This document shows, piece after piece, positions 57,079-64,000 of a stretch of 64,000 bases of DNA. The notes beneath the pieces were generated by a model that was not told the DNA's origin, ran no database searches, and saw only the letters and a program-made list of their open reading frames with translations. The position numbers were made by a program, and so were the translations under genes. The number at the start of each line of letters is the position of its first letter. The first letter of the stretch is position 1. The DNA comes from Thermoplasmata archaeon (GTDB taxonomy: Archaea; Thermoplasmatota; Thermoplasmata; UBA10834), in contig JAWCKF010000001.1 in the NCBI GenBank assembly GCA_038852315.1, positions 23,542-87,541 on the forward strand, given 5' to 3'.

Positions 57079-58188
57079 ATGAGACCGATGAGGTTCAATC
57101 TGTTGACGCTCATGGGCGCTGTGATTGGGGCGATATCCATATTCCTGACATGGGTACACGGCCGAGAGGAGGCCATGCTGGGTCCCCGATCGCCGCGCGA
57201 CCCGGTGCCCACCGGACCGTTCCGAGACCCGATGAACCTGCTCGAGACGACTTTCATCCAGTATTCGACCATCGAGTTCTGGTTGGCAGCTCTGTTCTTT
57301 GTCGTGGGGACCGTGCTGCTGTTCTACACCTCATGGGGCGTGATCTCCCAGATCGTGGGATACCTTGCGTTCCTCCACGCCTACGCAACTGCCAGCTGGA
57401 TCAGCTCGATACCCGCGTACGGCATGGGACCCAAGCTCGGCCTCGTCTCCGCAATCTTCTGCTTCACATCGCTGGTGTTCCCCTACTGGATAGGGAAACG
57501 CGCCGAGAAGGGGAGCGTATTGAACAGGTTCCTCGCCGTGGACCCCGGCGGCAGCACGAAGCTGCTGCTACCGTCTTTGTTCGCCGTCTTCGCAGGCCTG
57601 ACCTTCTTCCTCAGCCTCGTGACTTCATACAGCGAGTACCGCCTGTCCGTGAGCGACAAATCTGCCGATACCGCCTCCATCCTCTTCGCGGCGGCCGGGT
57701 TCATACTAATGGCACTGGCGTACCTGAGGTTGTTCTGGGACGCGACCCCGATGAGCGCCGAAGCTGCCGCAAAGGCCGCAGAGGTCGAGTTCCCGCTCCT
57801 CCAATACCTCAAGACCAGATGGAAGGTCCTCCTCGCTGTGGTCGTTGCCTTCATCGTAGTACTGGCAGGCCTCGCATTCGTGTACAAAGGTGACACCTGC
57901 GAGATCTCGATCACCGTGAGGAACTCGGACCCGAGCCTGTCCTGTCAGTACGGGCTGCTCGTCAACGGCGTCATGAAGGTTAACGCCACCCTTGCTCCCG
58001 GCGAGAGCGCGACGAGCACCTTCTCAGTGCCAACAGGTTGGTACACGGTCCAGGCAGACTATGTATGGCTGAACGACTCGGTGGTGAAAGGGCTGGGCAC
58101 TTCAGTGGATTTCGAGCGCATCGTGCAGCTCATGCCTTTCCGCAGCGCTTCGATGGAGTACTCGATACCCGCGCAGTCTAGTGATTGA
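57079..58188 (+). CDS. polytopic membrane protein with a C-terminal extracytoplasmic beta-rich domain, hypothetical
   Basis: MRPMRFNLLTLMGAVIGAISIFLTW.., at least 6 TM helices, then a C-terminal soluble segment (..CEISITVRNSDPSLSCQYG..). Confidence 0.5.
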   Translation: MRPMRFNLLTLMGAVIGAISIFLTWVHGREEAMLGPRSPRDPVPTGPFRDPMNLLETTFIQYSTIEFWLAALFFVVGTVLLFYTSWGVISQIVGYLAFLHAYATASWISSIPAYGMGPKLGLVSAIFCFTSLVFPYWIGKRAEKGSVLNRFLAVDPGGSTKLLLPSLFAVFAGLTFFLSLVTSYSEYRLSVSDKSADTASILFAAAGFILMALAYLRLFWDATPMSAEAAAKAAEVEFPLLQYLKTRWKVLLAVVVAFIVVLAGLAFVYKGDTCEISITVRNSDPSLSCQYGLLVNGVMKVNATLAPGESATSTFSVPTGWYTVQADYVWLNDSVVKGLGTSVDFERIVQLMPFRSASMEYSIPAQSSD

Positions 58189-58239
58189 CGACCTCGATGT
58201 TCTTTGGCTGTTGCAGGGGCAACCATTACGCGAAAAGCC

Positions 58240-58248
58240 TTATATAAT
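58240..58248 (+). promoter_or_regulatory. BRE/TATA (cgAAAAGCC-TTATATAAT) about 35 nt upstream of the ATG at 58281
   Basis: Purine-rich BRE-like element directly 5' of a TATA octamer. Confidence 0.5.
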
Positions 58249-58280
58249 CAGCCACCCTAGCGAGCCGTGAGGCCGAACGA

Positions 58281-58595
58281 ATGGTCACAGTCACGCCAAA
58301 AGCGATTGAGGTAATGAAGACGATAGTCGAGGAGCCGAAGCGGAAGGAACCGATCAGGATCTTCTTCGCCGGATATTCCTGCTCGGGTCCGGCGTACATG
58401 ATGGGGTTCGACAAGAAAACAGACAACGATGTTGAGGTCGCGGCAGACGGCTTCAGGATAATCTACGAGAGGGGCTTGGAGGAAGACCTGAAGGATGCTG
58501 TCGTGGACTCGGTCGACACGCCGCAGGGGCCAGGTATAGTGGTCCGCCTGAAGAGCGTTGGGTCGGCGTGCTCCTCGTGCGCGGGCTGTCACTGA
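58281..58595 (+). CDS. HesB/IscA-like Fe-S cluster insertion (A-type carrier-like) protein
   Basis: VTVTPKAIEVMKTIV..IRIFFAGYSCSGPAYMMGFDK resembles the IscA fold (..GCSGF.YGF.FD..). C-terminal CSSCAGCH replaces the CGCG motif. Confidence 0.55.
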   Translation: MVTVTPKAIEVMKTIVEEPKRKEPIRIFFAGYSCSGPAYMMGFDKKTDNDVEVAADGFRIIYERGLEEDLKDAVVDSVDTPQGPGIVVRLKSVGSACSSCAGCH

Positions 58596-58655
58596 GGCTA
58601 CATTCGCCCCGCCAAGGAGAAAACATTCATACGCCCGACGGGCTCTCAAAGGCCC

Positions 58656-60992
58656 GTGTTCGTCGAGCATGAGCTGATCAGGCCCTCCTCCATCGAGCAG
58701 AGGGACTACCAGACCAACATCGCAGAGGCTGCGAAGCGCGAATGCACTCTGCTCGTGCTCCCGACCGGCCTCGGGAAGACCGTGGTGGCACTGCTTGTCA
58801 TTGCGGACGTGCTCAGGGACAGAAGGGGCAAGGTCCTGTTCCTTGCGCCCACTAAACCGCTTGTCCAGCAGCATGCAGCTTTCTTGAAGGAGCATCTTGT
58901 AGGCTTCGAGCCTACCGTGTTCACGGGCGAGGTCCCGCCCGAGGAGAGGCGTGAGGCCTGGAGGAACGCCCGCCTGATTGTATCGACACCCCAGGTGATA
59001 GAGAACGACCTGCAGGAGCACAGGATATCGCTGGATGGTGTGGAGCTCATCGTTTTCGACGAGGCGCATAGAGCGGTCGGGGACTACTCCTATGTGACCA
59101 TCGGCAGGATGTTCCAGACCAAGGGAGGCCTGGTGCTGGGGATGACTGCCTCTCCAGGTTCGGACGTCAGCAAGATAGCCGAGGTCTGCGAGAACCTGGG
59201 CATCACCAACGTGGAGATAAGGTCGGAACTGGACGAGGACGTAGTGAAGTACACGCAGAACATCGACATCCAGTACGTCGCAGTGAACCTCCAGGAGGGT
59301 ATGGCCCCGGTCATTTTCCTCCTTAAACAGATCTACGATGAGCAGATCAAGAAGCTGAGGGAGTTCGGATTCTTGGACCCGAAGAAACCGGTGACGACAA
59401 GGGACCTCCTCGAGTGCGGGAACATCATAAGGGCGAGGCTTCAGTCCGGGCGGAAGTCGTTCCAGCTGTTCAGGGCGGCGAGCGTCCAGTCGCTCGCGAT
59501 GAAGGTTAACCATGCGATAGAGCTCGCTGAGACCCAGGGGAGGGGCGCGCTCGAGAGCTACATCGAGAAACAGGTGGCCGAGGCCGCGGAGAAGGGCGGC
59601 TCGAAGGCTGCGAGGGACCTTGTCAAAGATGCGAGGTTCCAGCAGGCCAGGACGCTCGTCTACGGCATGGAGAGGGATCATCCAAAGCTCGAGAAGATAG
59701 TGCCCATCATCCGCGGCCAGTTCGCCTCCAAGCCCGACTCGCGCGTGATAGTGTTCACGCACTACAGGGACACGTGCGAGCTGGTGACCCAGACGCTCGG
59801 GAAGATACCCGGCCTCAGACCTGTCAGGTTCGTCGGCCAGGCAAGCAAGGGCGACGATGCGGGCCTGAACCAGAGGGAGCAGAAGGACATCATAGACAAG
59901 TTCCGAGCGGGCGAGTTCAACGTGCTCGTGGCGACATCCATCGCCGAGGAGGGGCTGGACATACCGTCAACGGATCTGGTCGTGTTCTACGAACCAGTCC
60001 CATCTGAGATAAGGACCATACAGCGCAGGGGGAGGACGGGCAGGCGCAGGGCTGGCAGAGTGGTCATGCTGGTCACGAAGCACACGAAGGACGAGGCGTA
60101 CTTCTACTCCAGCCGCAGGAAGGAGCTGCAGATGAGGAAGGAGCTGGAAGGGCTCAGGCGGAAGCTCAGGGCCAGGAAGGGGCTTCCTGACGAGCCTTCT
60201 TCGGGCACGCAGAGGCTCACTAGACCCCAGCTCGAGGAGATGCTTACTGAGAAGCCTCTGACTGAGAAGGAGGCGCTGGCGAAGAAGGTCTCGGAAAGAA
60301 AGGGCCAAAAGGGGCTAGGACAGTTCGAGGGACAGTCTGACACTGTCGCCACCACGCTCACAGCCTCCAGAAGGGCGTCGGAAGTCGGCTTGGAGCGGCC
60401 TCTCAGGAACGCGGGCTTCGGCCTCCGCGAAGAAGAGCTCGAGTTCGCGGACGTGATCGTATCGCCTCGCGTGGCGGTTGCCGTGAGGACCGTCGACGAC
60501 TTCATACGGGGCATCGGGGACGGCAGCGTGTTCTCCGCTCTGGCGAAGCTGAAGCATGAATACCTTCACCCGATACTGATAGTCCAGGGTGAGCCGCAGG
60601 GAGAGGGCGTGCAGGCCGGCAATGCCGCCGTCTACGACGCTCTGAGTTCCGTGCTCGCGGAGTATCACATGCCAGTGCTCTCCACCAGGAACGCGGAGGA
60701 GACCGCTGCACAGATAGTTTCATTGTACAGACAGGAGGCTGCGAGGGAGGGTAGGAAGGAGCGAGGTGTTCAGACAACACTCGACATAACCAGCAGGCAG
60801 AGATTCCTGGTACAGGGCCTCCCGAACGTGTCGGCCACGCTCGCGCAGAGGCTGCTCGAGAGGTTCGGGTCTGTGAAAGGGATAGCGGACGCAGACGTCG
60901 AAGAGCTTATGCAGGTCGAGGGTATCGGCAGGGTCATAGCTGAGGGAATACATTCGGTACTGAGAAGGAAGTACGGCGAGGGGGGATCCTAG
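58656..60992 (+). CDS. hef: Hef-like helicase/nuclease (FANCM/XPF family): SF2 helicase plus an ERCC4-like domain plus HhH2
   Basis: DYQTNIAEAA..LLVLPTGLGKT (motif I), DEAH in LIVFDEAHRAVG, helicase C-domain, then an ERCC4-like region where the catalytic ERK appears replaced (AVAVRTVDDFI), and C-terminal HhH2 (GLPNVSATLAQRLLERFGSVKGIADA). Confidence 0.8.
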   Translation: MFVEHELIRPSSIEQRDYQTNIAEAAKRECTLLVLPTGLGKTVVALLVIADVLRDRRGKVLFLAPTKPLVQQHAAFLKEHLVGFEPTVFTGEVPPEERREAWRNARLIVSTPQVIENDLQEHRISLDGVELIVFDEAHRAVGDYSYVTIGRMFQTKGGLVLGMTASPGSDVSKIAEVCENLGITNVEIRSELDEDVVKYTQNIDIQYVAVNLQEGMAPVIFLLKQIYDEQIKKLREFGFLDPKKPVTTRDLLECGNIIRARLQSGRKSFQLFRAASVQSLAMKVNHAIELAETQGRGALESYIEKQVAEAAEKGGSKAARDLVKDARFQQARTLVYGMERDHPKLEKIVPIIRGQFASKPDSRVIVFTHYRDTCELVTQTLGKIPGLRPVRFVGQASKGDDAGLNQREQKDIIDKFRAGEFNVLVATSIAEEGLDIPSTDLVVFYEPVPSEIRTIQRRGRTGRRRAGRVVMLVTKHTKDEAYFYSSRRKELQMRKELEGLRRKLRARKGLPDEPSSGTQRLTRPQLEEMLTEKPLTEKEALAKKVSERKGQKGLGQFEGQSDTVATTLTASRRASEVGLERPLRNAGFGLREEELEFADVIVSPRVAVAVRTVDDFIRGIGDGSVFSALAKLKHEYLHPILIVQGEPQGEGVQAGNAAVYDALSSVLAEYHMPVLSTRNAEETAAQIVSLYRQEAAREGRKERGVQTTLDITSRQRFLVQGLPNVSATLAQRLLERFGSVKGIADADVEELMQVEGIGRVIAEGIHSVLRRKYGEGGS

Positions 60993-60993
60993 G

Positions 60994-61236
60994 ATGGCCA
61001 TAACCAGGTGCCCGCTCTGCGGCAGCACGTGCATCGTCAAGAAAGTCGCGATGGAGGACGAGGAGTGGTGCAAGGTGGACGTCTGTCAGCTGTGCCAGAC
61101 GATGTACCCCAGGGGCAGGACCGAGGTGGTGGTCGTCACAGCAGGCAAAGCCCGGGCACGCGCTACCAAGAGGGCTGCGGGGGCGAAGAAGCCGAAAGCA
61201 TCCCCCAAGAAGAGGGCGAAGGGGAAGAAGCGGTAG
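60994..61236 (+). CDS. small zinc-ribbon protein with a Lys/Ala-rich basic tail
   Basis: CPLCGSTC...CQLCQ, then KARARATKRAAGAKKPKASPKKRAKGKKR. Starts 2 nt after the hef stop. Confidence 0.5.
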   Translation: MAITRCPLCGSTCIVKKVAMEDEEWCKVDVCQLCQTMYPRGRTEVVVVTAGKARARATKRAAGAKKPKASPKKRAKGKKR

Positions 61237-61321
61237 AAATCTCTTTACGCACAGCCAGCGCGTCAGCCGCCCTGCAGATAGTTTTATGAACACTCTGCCC
61301 ATACGAGTGAGCCCGAGGACG

Positions 61322-61600
61322 ATGGAGCTCAAGCTGCTGGAGAAGAAGAAGGACAGCATAAAGGTCGAGATCGCCGACCCGGATGAGACGCTCATATACC
61401 CGCTCATCCACGAGCTGCTCCAGGACAAGAACGTCTCCGAGGCGAGATACATCACTGGTCACCCGCAGCTCGACAAGCCGGTGCTGTTCGTAGAGGTGAA
61501 GGAGGGCAAGCCGCAGGCGGCCCTCAAGAAGGCCGCGAAGGCCCTGGCGAACCAGTTCGCCGAGGCGCGCGAGCTGGTCGAGAAGCAGCTGGGCAAGTAG
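61322..61600 (+). CDS. rpoL: DNA-directed RNA polymerase subunit L (Rpo11)
   Basis: MELKLLEKKKDSIKVEIADPDETLIYPLIHELLQDKNVSEARYITGHPQLDKPVLFVEVKEG is canonical RpoL. TATA (AGTTTTATGA) at 61278-61287 supports the ATG at 61322 rather than 61286. Confidence 0.85.
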   Translation: MELKLLEKKKDSIKVEIADPDETLIYPLIHELLQDKNVSEARYITGHPQLDKPVLFVEVKEGKPQAALKKAAKALANQFAEARELVEKQLGK

Positions 61601-61641
61601 TCCGCGGAGTTATCTAGCGGCTCCATGATTCCAGTGATGCG

Positions 61642-62925
61642 ATGGAAGAAAAGGATCTGGGGCTCGAGCTGTTCTACACGGGAGACCTGCCGGGGATAGG
61701 TGGCAAGCTGAGGAAGACCCCCGAGGACTTCCAGGTGGACGAGGTCTCCGTCTTGCCCCCGGCTCACGAGGACGGAAGGTTCGTCGTCGCGAGGGTTTGG
61801 CACAGGAACTGGGAGATGAACAGGCTAGTGAGACGGCTCGGGACGAACCTGAGGATTTCGAGGGCTAGGATAGGGTTCGCGGGGACGAAGGATGGCAGGT
61901 CTGTAGCCACGCAGCTGATGTCCTTCGACGCACCCATAGAGGACGTGATGGCGCTCACCATACCCGACGTGAAGATACTGGAAACATTCAGGGCGCGGAG
62001 GATGGTGGAGATAGGCGACCTCATAGGGAACAGCTTCAGGATAAGGGTGTCGGACATAGACCCGACTATAGACGCCAGGTCGATATGCTTGAGCGTGAAG
62101 GAGCGACTGGACGAGCTCGGTGGCTTCCCCAACTTCTTCGGCACCCAGAGGTTCGGCTCCATAAGGCCCATAACGCACCTCATAGGCCGGGACCTGATCA
62201 GGGGCGACTTCGAGAGCGCGGTGATGAGGTATGTCGCATTCCCGATGGAGGGTGAGGCGTCGGAGGCGAACGAGGCTCGTAGGCGGCTGCAGGAGACCAG
62301 GGACTTCGAGCAGGCACTGAAGGAGTACCCTGGGAAGCTCGCCTTCGAACGCACCATGATAGCCCATCTCAGAAAACACCCGGATGATTACCTGGGTGCT
62401 CTCAGGACGCTGCCTTCGAACCTGTTGATGATGTTCGTGCACGCCTACCAGTCTTACCTGTTCAACATGATCCTCAGCGAGAGGATCCGCAGAGGCATAT
62501 CCATCAGGGAGCCGATCGTAGGTGACCTCGTGCTGCCGCTGAACAAGCTGAACCTTCCAGACCACGACAATCCGATACCAGTCACGGGCGAGAACCTCGA
62601 GAAGGCGCGTAGGAACGCGCGCGAGGGCAAGGCGTTCGTGAGCGGGCTGCTCTACGGCACACAATCTGTCTTCGCTGAAGGGGAGATGGGCGAGATCGAG
62701 CGGGCGGTCATAGAGAGGGAGGGCATCAGCAAGCTGGACTTCGAGATCGTCGGCCTGAGGGAAGCATCATCCAAGGGCACCAGGAGAGAGCTGCTGGCGC
62801 CGTACAAGGGCTTCAGGATGGAGTTCGGAGAGGGCGAGGTCACATTCGCCTTCACCCTAAACAAGGGGTGTTATGCCACGGCACTGATGAGGGAGTTCAT
62901 GAAGGCACCCATGAGCCAATACTGA
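61642..62925 (+). CDS. truD: tRNA pseudouridine synthase TruD/Pus7-type
   Basis: ..RISRARIGFAGTKDGRSVATQ has the catalytic GxKD motif. TruD fold. 427 aa. Confidence 0.8.
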   Translation: MEEKDLGLELFYTGDLPGIGGKLRKTPEDFQVDEVSVLPPAHEDGRFVVARVWHRNWEMNRLVRRLGTNLRISRARIGFAGTKDGRSVATQLMSFDAPIEDVMALTIPDVKILETFRARRMVEIGDLIGNSFRIRVSDIDPTIDARSICLSVKERLDELGGFPNFFGTQRFGSIRPITHLIGRDLIRGDFESAVMRYVAFPMEGEASEANEARRRLQETRDFEQALKEYPGKLAFERTMIAHLRKHPDDYLGALRTLPSNLLMMFVHAYQSYLFNMILSERIRRGISIREPIVGDLVLPLNKLNLPDHDNPIPVTGENLEKARRNAREGKAFVSGLLYGTQSVFAEGEMGEIERAVIEREGISKLDFEIVGLREASSKGTRRELLAPYKGFRMEFGEGEVTFAFTLNKGCYATALMREFMKAPMSQY

Positions 62926-62978
62926 GATTGCGCTCCTCAGGCGGAACTGTTAATGTGCCCAGAGAGCATCGGTGTGTC

Positions 62979-63155
62979 GTGTTGAAGAAGAAAAAACCCA
63001 GGACTGTGTTGACTTGCCCTCAGTGCGGGTCCGCAGATCTCTACTACGAGGCCGCGCTCATAACCGGCTACAAGTACCACTGCAAGAGATGCGATTACAT
63101 AGGGGCTTTCGTGATCGAGAAGGACATCGACGAGCAGATGGATGATTCTTCCTGA
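62979..63155 (+). CDS. small zinc-ribbon protein (CPQCG...CKRCD)
   Basis: VLKKKKPRTVLTCPQCGSADLYYEAALITGYKYHCKRCDYIGAFV. GTG/TTG start. The longer ORF from 62868 overlaps the truD end. Confidence 0.45.
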   Translation: MLKKKKPRTVLTCPQCGSADLYYEAALITGYKYHCKRCDYIGAFVIEKDIDEQMDDSS

Positions 63156-63187
63156 GTCGAGGCTGTGGCTGGACCACGCAAGAGGGA

Positions 63188-63532
63188 CTAGAGCCGCCTG
63201 ATCCTCTCTTCGTCATCGGGGTCTATGAAGTCGCTCTCCTCGGAGTGCTCGCTCAAGTGAGACAGCATAAGGGCGAACACGGGGTTGACAAGAAACGCGG
63301 CTATCCATTCGCCCCTCGACCCCTTGACCACCCATCCTTCTTCGGAGAAAGTGGTCGTTGCGATCATTCCTACGAGCCATACTGTCATGATGAATACCAT
63401 CAGGATGAAGAAGGGGAGAGGCTCGAATCTCATGCCCAGTGCCACGAGGGCGAATAGCATGAGAGATGCGATGAATGCACCGACGCACGCGGCCCAGGCA
63501 ACCCTGCCTTTGTCCAGCGACAAGCGTCGCAA
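63188..63532 (-). CDS. small membrane protein (3 TM), hypothetical
   Basis: 114 aa with hydrophobic helices (AACVGAFIASLMLFALVAL; FFILMVFIMTVWLVGMIATT; IAAFLVNPVFALML) and an acidic C-tail. Confidence 0.45.
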   Translation of the reverse strand: MRRLSLDKGRVAWAACVGAFIASLMLFALVALGMRFEPLPFFILMVFIMTVWLVGMIATTTFSEEGWVVKGSRGEWIAAFLVNPVFALMLSHLSEHSEESDFIDPDDEERIRRL

Positions 63533-63599
63533 CCTCCGGGTACGGTTGATTCATCAGAAGGACGCTACTTGAGACGTCGCTAGGACATCCGACATGTCC

Positions 63600-64000
63600 C
63601 TAGGCGAACATCGGACCGGACTCCATCGCCCTCTCAGCGTCCTCTGCGAGGACCTTCACAATAGCCTTCTCGAAGTCCGCCATGCCGACGATGTCCCTGT
63701 TGTCCCTGATCGCGAACATCCCGGCCTCAGTGCATATCGCCTTGATGTCCGCGCCCGTGGCGCCTTCTGACCGAGCCGCTATCTCCTCCAGGTTGACGGT
63801 CGAGTCAAGGTTCATGCGCCTGGTGTGGATCTTGTATATCTCGTGCCTGGCCTCGAAGTTGGGCATAGGTATCTCGATGATCCTGTCGAACCTTCCGGGC
63901 CTCAACAGCGCCTCGTCCAGTATGTCCGGCCTGTTCGTTGCCCCTATGATCTTGACCTCTCCCAGCGGGTTGAAGCCGTCAAGCTCGGCCAGCAACTGCA
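63600..64000 (-). CDS. AAA+ ATPase, C-terminal part (proteasome-activating nucleotidase PAN or CDC48-like); gene continues beyond the window
   Basis: ..[44 protein letters not shown].. is the AAA sensor-2/lid region. Only the last 131 aa are in the window. Confidence 0.75.
   Translation of the reverse strand, partial: QLLAELDGFNPLGEVKIIGATNRPDILDEALLRPGRFDRIIEIPMPNFEARHEIYKIHTRRMNLDSTVNLEEIAARSEGATGADIKAICTEAGMFAIRDNRDIVGMADFEKAIVKVLAEDAERAMESGPMFA

Overview
The window is a gene-dense, high-GC (about 60%) archaeal chromosomal segment. Archaeal identity rests on TATA boxes 25-40 nt upstream of many starts (several genes look leaderless), three archaeal-type tRNAs, rpoL, Hef, an archaeal-type GluRS and a PAN/CDC48-like AAA ATPase. 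The gene content suggests a peptide-degrading, Thermoplasmata-like heterotroph. No CRISPR array, integrase, transposase or rRNA was seen.

Genes in order:
- cbiMQO ECF-type Co/Ni transporter.
- A 1841-aa C-terminally anchored surface protein with CarboxypepD_reg and about 10 PKD repeats, whose coding DNA is tandemly repeated.
- YyaL-like thioredoxin-fold protein and a bPH_2 membrane protein.
- iorAB indolepyruvate oxidoreductase and a PhzF-like isomerase.
- An orphan multi-GAF sensor histidine kinase, divergent from a rubrerythrin-like protein and a DUF1015 protein.
- D-aminoacylase and a C45 (Ntn) peptidase.
- A leaderless 63-aa zinc-ribbon protein.
- An Opp/Dpp peptide ABC system: the binding protein carries an N-terminal PKD domain, and both ATPases carry two insertions of about 100 aa, one containing a zinc ribbon.
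- A small two-TM protein next to a site-2 protease with a PDZ domain.
- A DUF45-like HExxH mini-protein and an anchored beta-helix surface protein.
- tRNA-Arg(CCT), a long-type FKBP and tRNA-Thr(TGT).
- A 1336-aa integrin-like FG-GAP surface protein.
- A protein built from six tandem zinc-ribbon modules, divergent from three small pilin-like genes.
- A Fe-S and cysteine neighbourhood: SufS-like desulfurase, iscS-iscU, pyrD-pyrK, a LeuA/homocitrate-synthase family gene, tRNA-Cys(GCA), an HTH plus Cys4 regulator, cysK-cysE-cysS, and a radical-SAM gene overlapping cysS.
- gltX and a UbiD-family decarboxylase sharing a divergent TATA.
- A membrane protein, a HesB/IscA-like protein, and a Hef helicase whose ERCC4 motif looks degenerate.
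- A small zinc-ribbon protein, rpoL, truD, another zinc-ribbon protein, a small membrane protein, and a partial AAA ATPase at the window edge.

The most interesting unexplained items are the six-fold zinc-ribbon protein with the adjacent pilin-like trio, the cysteine-themed locus with its Cys4-HTH regulator and cysS-coupled radical SAM, the expanded ABC ATPases, and a 400-bp gene-free island with a perfect GC hairpin.
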